A DNA stretch of 64,000 nt. Source: Planctomycetota bacterium (GTDB lineage Bacteria > Planctomycetota > GCA-002687715 > CAIWVZ01). The stretch spans positions 64,001-128,000 of the forward strand of contig JBGANV010000003.1 in NCBI GenBank assembly GCA_044222185.1. The letters run 5' to 3'. A model generated the notes under the pieces. That model saw nothing but the letters and a program-made list of their open reading frames with translations. It ran no database searches and was not told where the DNA came from. Position numbers and translations under genes: made by a program. Positions 15,427 through 25,152 of this stretch are shown here, piece by piece. How positions within the stretch are numbered: position 1 is the stretch's first letter; every line of letters starts with the position of its first letter.

Positions 15427-17388
15427 TCACCGACCAAGTCGACGGCGGACGTCTCGCAGGTCCTGGGCGATCCGAAGGTCCTCCGGATCCCGCGTGGCGG
15501 CCTCGGCAAGGTCCGATTCCGCACCTTGCAGGTCCCCGAGTCCGGCCTTCGCGATACCGCGCAGGGCAAGGAGCAGCGGGGTCGTCGCCTGGCCGGCGAT
15601 CGCCCCGCTTGCGAGCCGCACCATCTCTTCCAGATCCTTCGCGGACCCGGTGATCCTCTGCCGGTCCCGCAGGACCAGGATCTCCGCCTCCGTGCCGCGC
15701 ACGTCCTTGAAGGTCGTGGCGAGTTCACGGAAGCACACCGCCGCTTCGCTCAATTCTGCGAGGCGCGCATCCGGCGCCAGCGTCTGGTCCTGTGCCACCT
15801 CGCGCAGCGCGCGGCCGCTCCAAAGCAGGAGCGCCGGATTGCCGCTGCGCTCGGCGGCGTGGGGTTTGAGCGTCAACACGGCCTTCCCCGGATCCCCGCG
15901 ACGCAGGTGTGCGCGGGCGGTTTCCAAGTCGCGGACGAGGTCCCACTTCGAAAGGACGTGGGGCAGCTTTGCGTTCTCCTCCTCCGTCGGCTCCGTGGCG
16001 CTGCCAGGCGTGCGCCCGCCGATGTACGGGCCGGACACGTCCGCGGAATCGAAGACCGACTGGGCGCTATCCGCCGGGCCGCTGCCGGCGAGGATCGCGA
16101 GGAGTTGCTTTCGGAGGGCGTCGACGTCGCTTTGGCGCGAGGTTGCAAGGTCGTGCGACTCACCGCCGTCGGAAACGGTGTCGAAGAGCTCCGCGCGCCC
16201 CCCGCCCTCGATGAGCTTCAGCGGACCATTGCGGCACGCGCGCAGCCGCGCGTGCCGAAACTGGTAGTAGGCGTACAGCGTCTCCGCCCTGTCGGTGACC
16301 GCGGCGCCGGACGCTCCGCTTTCGCGCGTTGCGATCGACTTCGGGTGACGGAACCACGGAACGCCTTCGAGCCGCCGCCTTGCCGAGTCCGAGCGCCCAG
16401 GAGCGGCGATCTCCAGCAGCGTCGGCGTGACGTCCAGGATCGAAGGGGTGCCGTCCTTTGCGCCGGCATCGAATTCCAGTCCGCCGTGCGCACCGCGCGG
16501 AGGCCTGATCACCAGCGGCACGCGGAGCGTGGATTCGTACAGCAGGAACCCGTGTGTCGGTTCACCGTGGTCGCCCAATCCCTCGCCATGGTCGCCCGTC
16601 ACGATGACCCAGGCGTTGCGGCCCTTGTCGGGCATCGTGTCGAGCATGGCGCCGATGGTCGCGTCCACCGCCATGATTTCCGAGAGGTAATCGCCCTTCG
16701 ATCCTTGGGGCAACGCCGGGTTCTCGAACCGCCGCTCGTAGGGAATGTGCGGGTCGAAGAAGTGGATGAAGACGAACCGCTTCGCGACCTTGCCCTCGGT
16801 CTGCGCCAGGTAGTCGGCCGCCTTCGCCGCCGTGATCTGACAGGGGCGTTCGCGGAAGGTCTGTCCCCCACCCTTCGCCGTCGCCCGATCCGGCTGGTCG
16901 TAGATGCGGAATCCCGCATCGAGGCCGAACCGCCGCTCGAGCGGCTGCGCCGAGACGAAGGCGGCGGTGTCGAAGCCGAGCGCCTTCATCTCCTCGGCGA
17001 GGAGCGTGAAGTGGCGGCTCTCCCGCTTCGGCACCTTGAACGAGTCGTTCTCGCGAACGCCGTGACGGTCGGGGTACAGCCCGCTCATCATGGACGTGTG
17101 TGCCGGAAGCGTCAGAGGAACGGGCGTCGTCGCGAACGGCCACCAGTGTCCGTCGCGCCCGAGCTGGTCGATGACGGGCGTGGGCGACGTGCCGTCGACG
17201 AGCTTCATTCCCGCGAGGCCCAGGTGATCGGCGCGGCACGTGTCGATGGAGATCAGGATGATCGTGACGGGCTCGTCCGTCCATTGGCGCCACCAGCGCG
17301 TACCCAAGGCGCTGAGCACCACGAGGCCTGCGCCGAGGGCGACCACGAGTGGGAGCGGAAGACGTCTGCCGGTTGACACGGGCCGCAT
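15427..17388 (-). CDS. Sulfatase-like (alkaline phosphatase superfamily) hydrolase/transferase with C-terminal TPR
   Basis: N-terminal TM. ILISIDTCRADH, PLTLPAHTSMMSGLYP..HGV, HFFDPH.PY, GDHGEGLGDHGE.THG..LY...LRVPL. Alternative GTG start at 17379. Confidence 0.85.
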   Translation of the reverse strand: MRPVSTGRRLPLPLVVALGAGLVVLSALGTRWWRQWTDEPVTIILISIDTCRADHLGLAGMKLVDGTSPTPVIDQLGRDGHWWPFATTPVPLTLPAHTSMMSGLYPDRHGVRENDSFKVPKRESRHFTLLAEEMKALGFDTAAFVSAQPLERRFGLDAGFRIYDQPDRATAKGGGQTFRERPCQITAAKAADYLAQTEGKVAKRFVFIHFFDPHIPYERRFENPALPQGSKGDYLSEIMAVDATIGAMLDTMPDKGRNAWVIVTGDHGEGLGDHGEPTHGFLLYESTLRVPLVIRPPRGAHGGLEFDAGAKDGTPSILDVTPTLLEIAAPGRSDSARRRLEGVPWFRHPKSIATRESGASGAAVTDRAETLYAYYQFRHARLRACRNGPLKLIEGGGRAELFDTVSDGGESHDLATSRQSDVDALRKQLLAILAGSGPADSAQSVFDSADVSGPYIGGRTPGSATEPTEEENAKLPHVLSKWDLVRDLETARAHLRRGDPGKAVLTLKPHAAERSGNPALLLWSGRALREVAQDQTLAPDARLAELSEAAVCFRELATTFKDVRGTEAEILVLRDRQRITGSAKDLEEMVRLASGAIAGQATTPLLLALRGIAKAGLGDLQGAESDLAEAATRDPEDLRIAQDLRDVRRRLGR

Positions 17389-17389
17389 C

Positions 17390-20269
17390 CTACCGGCGTG
17401 TCACGCGGGCTTCGATCCAGGCGAACGCCTTGCGGTAGCGGTCGCCGCCCATGCCCGGGTGTGAGCGTTTGAAGATCTCGAACCGCGTCGTGAGTGCACC
17501 GGGTGACGCCGCGGACGGATCCTCCAGCGCAATCGCCCAGATGCCGGCCCACGCTTCCCAGGCGCGCTCCGAATTCGGGTCCGTCTGCGCGATCACCTGT
17601 TCCCAGGCCCGAGTGGCGTCCTCATGCGTGCCTGCGCCCGGGATGATCGCCCACGTCAGGCTTCGCTCGACGATGCGCGGCCCGAGCACCCGCCCCCGCA
17701 GTCGAAGCCCGTCCAGCGTCGCCGCGAGGCGCGCCCCTGCCTCGGTGGTCCCAAGGTCTCGAAGAGCGCTCGCGGCCTCCTTCAGATGCTGCGTGGGATC
17801 CTCGCCCTTCGACACCGTGTCATCGGCGAGGAAGTCCAGACTCGTGACGAACCGAAGGCGGGCCGCCGCAACGTCCTCGTCGCTCGCGCGTCCGATCACG
17901 CCAGGGCGTCCGAGCAACACCCGGTCGACTTCGGCCGCCGACTCGAAGTCGCGGGCGTCGACTCCCAACTTCGCGATGGCATTCCACGTGCCGATGGATC
18001 CGGCGCGGGCGTTCGCGGGGTGGACGAGCCAGCGGCGGTAGTAGCGCGCGGCGCGCACGTCGGCGCGCCCCGTCGGGCCGCTTTCCGGTCCCGCGACGGG
18101 GTGGGCCCGGAGCGCCTCCCCGAGGCGCAATGCCATGTCCATGACGCGGGGGTCGTCCGGGTCGATGGCGTCGAGCGCCGCGAAGACCTCCTCGGCCTCG
18201 CCGAGTTCGCCGAGTCCCAGCCGCGCGCGGCCGCGAAGGTGGAGTTCGGCGGCCTGCCGTGCGGGCTGCGCCGCGTCCCTCCACGCACCCGGCGCGAGTG
18301 CTTCGAGGACCTCGCGCCACCGCGATGCGGCTTCGGCGCGGGAGGTGCCAGCGAGCCCGGCGAGCAGGGCGAGGGCGTCCCCGAGTCCGATGCGGACGTC
18401 GGCTTCGTCCGCGGGGCGTGTCGCGCCTGCTGCCGCCTGCGTCGGAAGTTCGGCAAGGATGACGCGAAGCCGAGTGATCGCGTCGGTCGCGGCGGAGGTC
18501 GCACGTTGCGGGCTCCTGGCCTCAGCGCCGGCGCGCGCTTCCCGCACGAGGCTGAAGGCAGCACGCATGCGCGCGCGCAGGCGCTCCTGGGGCGACAGCT
18601 CCGATCCCTCCGACGCGAGCCCGTCGAAGGCACGCGCGGCCTCGGCGAACTTGCCGCTCCGCTCCAACTGCCCCGCGGCTTCGAAGAGGCGATCCGTGGG
18701 CCGGGTCGAGGCGCCGGGAGCCGGATGCCGGCGGAGGAAATCCTCGACGGCCTCCACGGCAGACCGTGCCTGCGCCGCGCCGGAGTCCCGCCAGCCGCGA
18801 GCCGCATCGAGCCATCCGGCGGCGAGACGTCGCGCGGTCGCCGCTTCCGCGGCGTCGTCGGAGGCTTCGGGCTGGGCGGCGAAGGTCGTGCGGTAGCCGT
18901 CACCGAAGGCGTCCATCGCCTCCCGATGCCGCCCCGCCTCGAGCAGCACCTGCCCCAGAGTGGCCCACAAGGCGCCGCTGCGCACGAGCGCGCCGCCCCC
19001 GCGCGACTCGGTACCGCACGAGAGGATCGCCGAACGAAGGAGCCACGCTCCCGCATCGACATCCAGCGCGACGGCGTTTCTCGCGGCGGAGACCAGGATC
19101 TCGGCCGGGCCCCGCATCGCGCTTCCGCTTCGCCCCATCTCCGCGAGCACCGCGGTCGCATCTCGTCCGGCAGCATCGGACACGCCGACCCGCGCGACGT
19201 TGGCGAGGACGTCGAGCGCGAGCGCGCCGTCGCCCGACTGTCGCGCACAGCGAGCGAGTCGGACCAGCGCCTCACGACCGTATCGGCCGGGCTCGAGCCG
19301 CGCCGATGCCAGGTGGGTGCGGAGCTCGCGCCCCACACGCACCCCCGCCTCGTTGTCGTTCATCGCCAGGGCCGCACGGATTCGTGCGTCGGCCGCGAGC
19401 TCAGCCAGGTTCTTCACCGGAGACGTCGCCGTGACTGCGTCCCAGTTGATCGCACCGAGCACTCGGTCGAGCTCGTCGACAGCGTTCGACGTCTCACCCA
19501 TGGCCAGCCGCAATCGCTCGCGCCAGACCGCAGCGAACATGGCGGCGGCCGTTGCTTCACCGTCGCCAGTCTCGTTGTCGAAGACGATGCGGTCGAGCTC
19601 GGCGAGCGGCGGCCGCAGGCGCAAAGCCGGGTCGCCCCCGGACGTCTCGACCGATTGGAGTCGAACGACGGCCCACAGCAGCGTCGCCCGCACGAATCGC
19701 CGCCACTCTTGAAGGCGCGCCGCGCGGTCGGGCCGCGCGATCTGCGTTCGAACGGCGTCGGCCAGTTCTTCGGCACGGCGAAGGGCCGCGAGCGCAGCAT
19801 CCTTCGCGCGCATCTGCGCGTCACTCGTGAGCGTCGCCGCGAGGCGGGCCGTCCACTCGCCTTCCTCTCGACGCGCCTCGGCAATCTCGAGATTCGCGTC
19901 CTGCTGGACATCGGTCTTTCCGCCCTTTTGAGCGACCGACTCCAGGACGAGCGACACACGCGAAAGGAGGCGCGAGCGCCGCTCGAGGTCGAGTGTCGCG
20001 GAAATCTCGCCACGTAGCGAGGTCAAGAGGCTGCGACGGGCGCGGTCACGAACGGAGGCGGGGGCGGCCGAGTCGGCGACGATGGAATCGACGACGAGGA
20101 TCGCGAGGTCGAAGTAGCGAAGCCCTGGACCTGCCAGCTCCTCGGCGAATCGCAGCTCGATTTCCTGCGGCGACTGCCCCAGCCCGGGTGTCGTTCCGGC
20201 GAGGATCAGGATCACCGCCACGGCTGCGGAGGTCCACGGCATGCTGCGAGGCAGTGTCATCGGGTGCAT
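17390..20269 (-). CDS. Large exported alpha-helical/TPR-like protein of unknown function
   Basis: Long Ala/Arg/Leu-rich helical ORF with a signal-peptide-like segment (AAVAVILILAG) followed by FAEELA...RYFDLA. Co-oriented and abutting its neighbours. Start uncertain (20242-20374). Confidence 0.65.
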   Translation of the reverse strand: MHPMTLPRSMPWTSAAVAVILILAGTTPGLGQSPQEIELRFAEELAGPGLRYFDLAILVVDSIVADSAAPASVRDRARRSLLTSLRGEISATLDLERRSRLLSRVSLVLESVAQKGGKTDVQQDANLEIAEARREEGEWTARLAATLTSDAQMRAKDAALAALRRAEELADAVRTQIARPDRAARLQEWRRFVRATLLWAVVRLQSVETSGGDPALRLRPPLAELDRIVFDNETGDGEATAAAMFAAVWRERLRLAMGETSNAVDELDRVLGAINWDAVTATSPVKNLAELAADARIRAALAMNDNEAGVRVGRELRTHLASARLEPGRYGREALVRLARCARQSGDGALALDVLANVARVGVSDAAGRDATAVLAEMGRSGSAMRGPAEILVSAARNAVALDVDAGAWLLRSAILSCGTESRGGGALVRSGALWATLGQVLLEAGRHREAMDAFGDGYRTTFAAQPEASDDAAEAATARRLAAGWLDAARGWRDSGAAQARSAVEAVEDFLRRHPAPGASTRPTDRLFEAAGQLERSGKFAEAARAFDGLASEGSELSPQERLRARMRAAFSLVREARAGAEARSPQRATSAATDAITRLRVILAELPTQAAAGATRPADEADVRIGLGDALALLAGLAGTSRAEAASRWREVLEALAPGAWRDAAQPARQAAELHLRGRARLGLGELGEAEEVFAALDAIDPDDPRVMDMALRLGEALRAHPVAGPESGPTGRADVRAARYYRRWLVHPANARAGSIGTWNAIAKLGVDARDFESAAEVDRVLLGRPGVIGRASDEDVAAARLRFVTSLDFLADDTVSKGEDPTQHLKEAASALRDLGTTEAGARLAATLDGLRLRGRVLGPRIVERSLTWAIIPGAGTHEDATRAWEQVIAQTDPNSERAWEAWAGIWAIALEDPSAASPGALTTRFEIFKRSHPGMGGDRYRKAFAWIEARVTRR

Positions 20270-20396
20270 CGGGAGCCTACGACACCCCGGCGTCGGGACC
20301 CCGAAATGAGAGACGCCGGGCGCGCGGTGTCGTAACCGCATCGACCGGCGTCCACGGCGAGCCGGGTGATTCACCCGGCCGCGTCACGGCTTGATC

Positions 20397-23000
20397 TCAG
20401 TTCCCGCGGGGAACGGTCGGCTCCAGCTCCCCCGAGACCAGGATCTTCACCTTCAGGAGGACGATCAGGTCCTTCATGCTGGTGTAGTGGCCCTTGCGCG
20501 AGAAGAGGAGGCTGATGATCGGGATGTCCTTCAGGATCGGGACGCCCGAGTCGAGGTCCTGCTCTTCGAAGAATTTCAGACCGCCGAGGAGGAGGGTCGC
20601 GCCGTCAGGCATGACGACCGTCGTCTTGATGCTCTCCTTGCGCAGTTCCGGCACCTCGAAGGTGACGGCGGTACCGACACCCAGCGTCGTGGTGAACGTA
20701 CGGATCGGGCGCAGGAGCGTGGCCACGGTCGGCCGCAGCTCGAGCGTCACGAACCGGCGATCGCTCGACACCGTCGGGCGTACGTCGAGAACCACGCCTT
20801 CCTTCACCACGTCGACGATCGGGTCGGCGATGACGGCGGCCTGGGCGATTTCGACGTCGAAGTCCTTCACGTAGGCGACGTGATTGATGACCGTCAGGTG
20901 CGCGCGCTGCGTGTTGGTGACGACCAGCTTGGGCGCCGTCACGGTGTTCACGCGCTCGTACTTCTGAACCGCGCGGAGGATGGCTTCGAGCTGCGTGTCG
21001 TCCAGGTAGACGAACTGGAGCGAGAAGCCGCCCGAACCCGTGAGAGTCTCGGGGTTCCCGAGCGACGAGTTGAAGACGTTCTCCACGCGACCGCGCATGT
21101 CACCTTCGCGGCCCTGGTTGTAGAACGCGCCGGCGCTGTTGTCGTTGCCGAGGACGCTCGGCTGGCCGGGCAGCGCGAAGTCGTCGAACGGTGCGCTCGT
21201 GCCCTTGCCCGGGACGCCGACGCCACCCGAGTTGTCACCCAGGCCGCGGAAGTCGACGCCGATGTCCTGCAGGAAGTTGTTCTGCACGGAGATGAAGCGG
21301 CTCTCGATGGCGACCTGGAGGCCCGTGGTCCGGCGCAGGTTCGTGAGCAGGTCACGGATGTTGCGCTGGTTCTCGGGCGTCTGGCGAACGACGAGCGTTC
21401 CGTTCTTGTCGATGATCGAGTTGGTGCTGTCCTCGTCCCACGAGGCCTTGTCCACCGTCTGCTTGATCATGTCGATCAGGCGGTCGGACTCGATCGCACG
21501 GTTCTCTTCGCCGCTGTCGGCCTCTTCGGCCGCCGCACCACCCGGCGTCGAGCCGGACGGGTTCAGGTTGATCTCGACGCCCGGGAAGCTCGAGAGCTTC
21601 GCGACGAGGTCGCGGACCTCATAGAACTGGACGACCTTGCGCTTCCGCAGCTCGGCCGGCGTCGTGATCTTCACGAGGCCGTCTTCGACGATGTACGTGA
21701 GCTTCAAGCTCTCGACCGCGAGTTTGAGGGCCGACGCGGCGTTGATCGTGTCGAACTGGAGCGCGAGATTGCGATCGCTCGCCGGAACGGCCTCGTCGAC
21801 CGCGCGCTCGACGACGACGTTCGTGCCCGTCGAGTTGCGGATGAACTTGATGGCCTCATCCAGCGGCTTGTCCTGCCAGTCGACGCTCTTCAGCGTCGTG
21901 CCCTGGAGGCGCGCCATGATGTCGTGATCGACTTCGGAGACCTCCGTCGTTTCCTTGTTGAGCTCGATGGGACCCTTCTGGGCGATGTAGGTCCACTTCT
22001 TGATGTCCGGGTAGGTCACTTCCGCGCTCTGCGGAATGCGGATGTCCTGGACCTCTTCGAGCACGAGCTGCCAGCGACGGCGGTGCTCGGCGATGTTGTC
22101 GTTCCGCTGAAGCTCGAGCTGGGCGCGGCGAGCCTCTTCCTTCAGGCGCATGGCCTTCTGGTTTGCGAAGTCGAGCTGGATGATCTCGTCACACAGCGCC
22201 TGGACTTCCTGGAACTTCTCGCGCTTGAACATCTCGACGGCCTGGCGGTAGCGCTCGTTCACCGTGCGCTCGACGCGGGCGCGCTCCTGCTCCATGCGGT
22301 CGCGCTCGATGCTCTTCACGTCCTCGAGGCGCTTGGCCTCGAGGGCGCGATCGGCAGTCTCCTTGTCAGCCTTCGCCTGTTCGAGGGCGGCCTTCACCGA
22401 CCCCTCGTTGAAGTCGGCGTCGGCCGACGGATTCGTGCGCAGGAGCACGAGGGCCTTCTCGAAGTTCTCGATGGCCTTGGCATGGTCACCGGCGGCGCGG
22501 GCGGCCGTGCCCCAGTTGAAGTAGGTTCGGGCGAGGGTCACGGCCTGATCGTGGCGGCCGACGCTCGTCTGGAAGTCCTGCCGCGCTTCCGCGACCATCG
22601 GTTTCGTGCCGTTGCCGAGGATGGCGTTGACGCGGTCCAGCTCGTTCAACGCGTCCTTGTTGGTCGCGTCGGCGTTGTACGCAGCCTGGAACTCGCGGCG
22701 CGCATCCTCGAAGCGGCTCTGCTCCATGAACGCACGGCCCTGGGCCAGGTGCGTCTCGGCGAGAACCTTGCGCTTCTCGGCGATGGTTCCCGGGCTGCCG
22801 GCATCCTGGATCCCGCCGCTCGGTGCGGCGCCAGGTTGCTGCGCCACCATCCCGACCTGGCCTCCGCCATCGGGCGCGGTCATGGTCGAGTCAGATTGCC
22901 CGGTCGACGACTCGCTCGTGCTCGATGAGCACGATGTCGACAGGACGGCCACTCCGGTCAGCAGGACGATCGTCAGCGAAGCGGTGCAGAGTCTCATCAT
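20397..23000 (-). CDS. Secretin A: GspD/PilQ-family lipoprotein secretin with N-terminal TPRs
   Basis: Lipobox LSTSC, TPRs, QFYEVRDL, VAIESRFI, TAPKLVVTNTQRA, GVVLDVRPTVSSD, TTVVMPDGATLLLGGL, VPILKDIPII. Lies directly downstream of the pilMNOP-like genes. Confidence 0.88.
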   Translation of the reverse strand: MMRLCTASLTIVLLTGVAVLSTSCSSSTSESSTGQSDSTMTAPDGGGQVGMVAQQPGAAPSGGIQDAGSPGTIAEKRKVLAETHLAQGRAFMEQSRFEDARREFQAAYNADATNKDALNELDRVNAILGNGTKPMVAEARQDFQTSVGRHDQAVTLARTYFNWGTAARAAGDHAKAIENFEKALVLLRTNPSADADFNEGSVKAALEQAKADKETADRALEAKRLEDVKSIERDRMEQERARVERTVNERYRQAVEMFKREKFQEVQALCDEIIQLDFANQKAMRLKEEARRAQLELQRNDNIAEHRRRWQLVLEEVQDIRIPQSAEVTYPDIKKWTYIAQKGPIELNKETTEVSEVDHDIMARLQGTTLKSVDWQDKPLDEAIKFIRNSTGTNVVVERAVDEAVPASDRNLALQFDTINAASALKLAVESLKLTYIVEDGLVKITTPAELRKRKVVQFYEVRDLVAKLSSFPGVEINLNPSGSTPGGAAAEEADSGEENRAIESDRLIDMIKQTVDKASWDEDSTNSIIDKNGTLVVRQTPENQRNIRDLLTNLRRTTGLQVAIESRFISVQNNFLQDIGVDFRGLGDNSGGVGVPGKGTSAPFDDFALPGQPSVLGNDNSAGAFYNQGREGDMRGRVENVFNSSLGNPETLTGSGGFSLQFVYLDDTQLEAILRAVQKYERVNTVTAPKLVVTNTQRAHLTVINHVAYVKDFDVEIAQAAVIADPIVDVVKEGVVLDVRPTVSSDRRFVTLELRPTVATLLRPIRTFTTTLGVGTAVTFEVPELRKESIKTTVVMPDGATLLLGGLKFFEEQDLDSGVPILKDIPIISLLFSRKGHYTSMKDLIVLLKVKILVSGELEPTVPRGN

Positions 23001-23230
23001 TAAGGCTCACGAATTCGGACCCGTGTCAGGCACCGAACGGGATGCTGGAGGCCGTGACCTCACGCTCGTTCTACAAGGCAGGATCATGCGCGACGCATCG
23101 TGCGACCCGCGCACCGGCACAGCGCCGTCGAGCGTGTGACCACATTCCAACGTCCGGGAGGTTGACCTTCGCTGTTGGACACCCAACGAGACAAAGATTC
23201 TCCCTTCCATCTTTCCGAACAGAGGCCCGG

Positions 23231-23258
23231 ATTATAGAGATGCGACCTTTTCCCGCAA
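23231..23258 (-). promoter_or_regulatory. Putative sigma70 promoter of secretin A
   Basis: TTGCGG-16 bp-TATAAT (perfect -10) on the minus strand. Confidence 0.6.
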
Positions 23259-23266
23259 CCAGCGGC

Positions 23267-24316
23267 CTACCTTTTTTCCAGCGACAGAACGTCGTCGGGA
23301 AGGCCGGCTCCGGTCAAGGAAACCTTGATTTTGCGGACAGGGACCTTGCCGGTGACGGGCACGCGCTTGGCCGCGCCGGACTCGACGACGACGCGCCCCT
23401 TGGCGTCGAACACGACCTCCGCCCGCGTTTCCTCGACGTCCACGGTCTCGGCCTCGATCTTCGAGATCGTGCGCCCCGTCGAGAAGTCGACCCCGAGCGC
23501 GTCGTCCCGCGCCCCGACGGCCTGGCCCTGCTTCAGTGAGAAGACCCGGTCGCGCCACTCGCCGCCGATCCACTTGGAGACGCGGATCTGGACCTCGTCG
23601 GCCTTTTCGTCGACGAGGGCGACCTTGAAGTCCGCGATGGCCCGGGCCTCCGCCACGGGGGACGGCTCGGAGCGCCCGCGGGACGTCCTCGCCAGGTCGG
23701 CATCCTTCGCCACGGCGATCACCCGATACCGGTAGGCGTGCCCGGGCTTCACGCCCGCGTCCCGCCATTCGTGCGAGGTGCCTTCGACCGAGGCGGCGAC
23801 GGCCTCCGCGCCACCATCCTCGGCCCGCAGGATGTCGTAGGTACCGATGGCCACGTTGTTGCCAGCCGGTTCGCTCCAGGTCACGACGATGACCCCGGCA
23901 TCCGGTACGGCCTTCGTGTCCGTCGGCGCCACGAAGCGGATCTCGTTGGATTCGCCCGGTCTCAGGGTCTTCAGGTAACCCACCGGGTACGTGAGGCCCG
24001 ACGTCAGGTCGACCCCGGCCGATTCGCTCCCCTTGAGCTGGGTGACGAGCTGGCCAATCCGCTGTTTCACCGCGGTCATGCGCTCATCTACCGGGAAGAC
24101 GGTTCCCGAGAGCGTCTCGTTCAGCATCCGCGCCGCCGACTGGGCATCTTCCTGCGCGTGGCGAAAGCGCTCGGCCGGCTGAAAGAGGAATCCCGCGACC
24201 TGTGCGCCGACCACGGCGACGGCAAGCGCGGCGACCACCTTGTCCAGGTGGAGCAGGAGCCGGTCGATCATGCCGAAGCCGGCCCCGCGCTTGACCTCGA
24301 GATGTTCTTCCTTCAT
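23267..24316 (-). CDS. Membrane-anchored fibronectin type III domain protein (PilP position)
   Basis: Single N-terminal TM. FN3 pattern VVTWSEP...YDILR...WRDAGVKPGHAYRYRVIAV...SEPS. ATGA overlap with the upstream gene. Confidence 0.7.
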   Translation of the reverse strand: MKEEHLEVKRGAGFGMIDRLLLHLDKVVAALAVAVVGAQVAGFLFQPAERFRHAQEDAQSAARMLNETLSGTVFPVDERMTAVKQRIGQLVTQLKGSESAGVDLTSGLTYPVGYLKTLRPGESNEIRFVAPTDTKAVPDAGVIVVTWSEPAGNNVAIGTYDILRAEDGGAEAVAASVEGTSHEWRDAGVKPGHAYRYRVIAVAKDADLARTSRGRSEPSPVAEARAIADFKVALVDEKADEVQIRVSKWIGGEWRDRVFSLKQGQAVGARDDALGVDFSTGRTISKIEAETVDVEETRAEVVFDAKGRVVVESGAAKRVPVTGKVPVRKIKVSLTGAGLPDDVLSLEKR

Positions 24317-25152
24317 GGGTTCGTTCCCACCGCCTTGGGCGTCGGAAAACCGAGTGAAAGCGTGATCGCGACCAGCATCGGCGGATCATCCCCGGCGGCC
24401 TTGATCACATCCTCGCCGTGCGGGCGCAGCGAGAACCCCTTGAGCCGGCACACGCCCCCCGCGTCGTCGAACGCGGAAAGAAGCCCGTGCGTCAGGCGGC
24501 TGAGCCGGCTGCTCGTCACCGCGAACGCCAGTTGCACGCGCATCCGCTCGTAGGTCGGATCCGGATCGTCCGGCGGTGCCGACTCGGTCTCGATCAGCAT
24601 CTCGCGGGTCGGCGCCGCTCCGTTCTTCGCGGCGACGAGCAACAGCCGCCGCTCGATGTTGGCGATGCGCTGCCATTTGAGGATCTCGGCCTCCGGCGGA
24701 GCCGCGCCCGTCAGGAACGTCGGCTTCAAGAGCTTGAGATCGCCCGAAGCCGGGCCGCCGGCCTTGCGCAGCGCTTCGCGCAGGTCCTGAACGAACCGGT
24801 CGCAGTGGAACGCGTAGGCGCGCTGGAACTCCTCCGGCACCGGTGTTCCGGCTCCGGCGGGGATCTTCATCTCCGGGAACCACTCGAGCAACGCCGTCGC
24901 GAGCGACGCGCGCGTGGAATCGACTTCCTGTGCGGCTTGCGCGCGGAGGTCGGCGAACTGCTTCACGCCCTTCTCGTAGGCCGGACCGGCAGCCTGGCCC
25001 TTCGACTGTGCCGCACCCCGGGCCTCTTCGGTGGCCACGTCGGCAGCGTCGCCAAGCCTCGTGATCTCGGGCTTGACGAGAACGAACCAGAGGATCACGG
25101 CGAGGACGAGGAGCAGCCCGATCGTCGCCCAAAAAACCATGGAGCGATTCAT
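24313..25152 (-). CDS. PilO/GspM-like inner-membrane alignment protein
   Basis: N-terminal TM ending LVKP, coiled coil, C-terminal ferredoxin-like alpha/beta pattern. Translationally coupled to pilM (ATGA). Confidence 0.55.
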   Translation of the reverse strand: MNRSMVFWATIGLLLVLAVILWFVLVKPEITRLGDAADVATEEARGAAQSKGQAAGPAYEKGVKQFADLRAQAAQEVDSTRASLATALLEWFPEMKIPAGAGTPVPEEFQRAYAFHCDRFVQDLREALRKAGGPASGDLKLLKPTFLTGAAPPEAEILKWQRIANIERRLLLVAAKNGAAPTREMLIETESAPPDDPDPTYERMRVQLAFAVTSSRLSRLTHGLLSAFDDAGGVCRLKGFSLRPHGEDVIKAAGDDPPMLVAITLSLGFPTPKAVGTNP

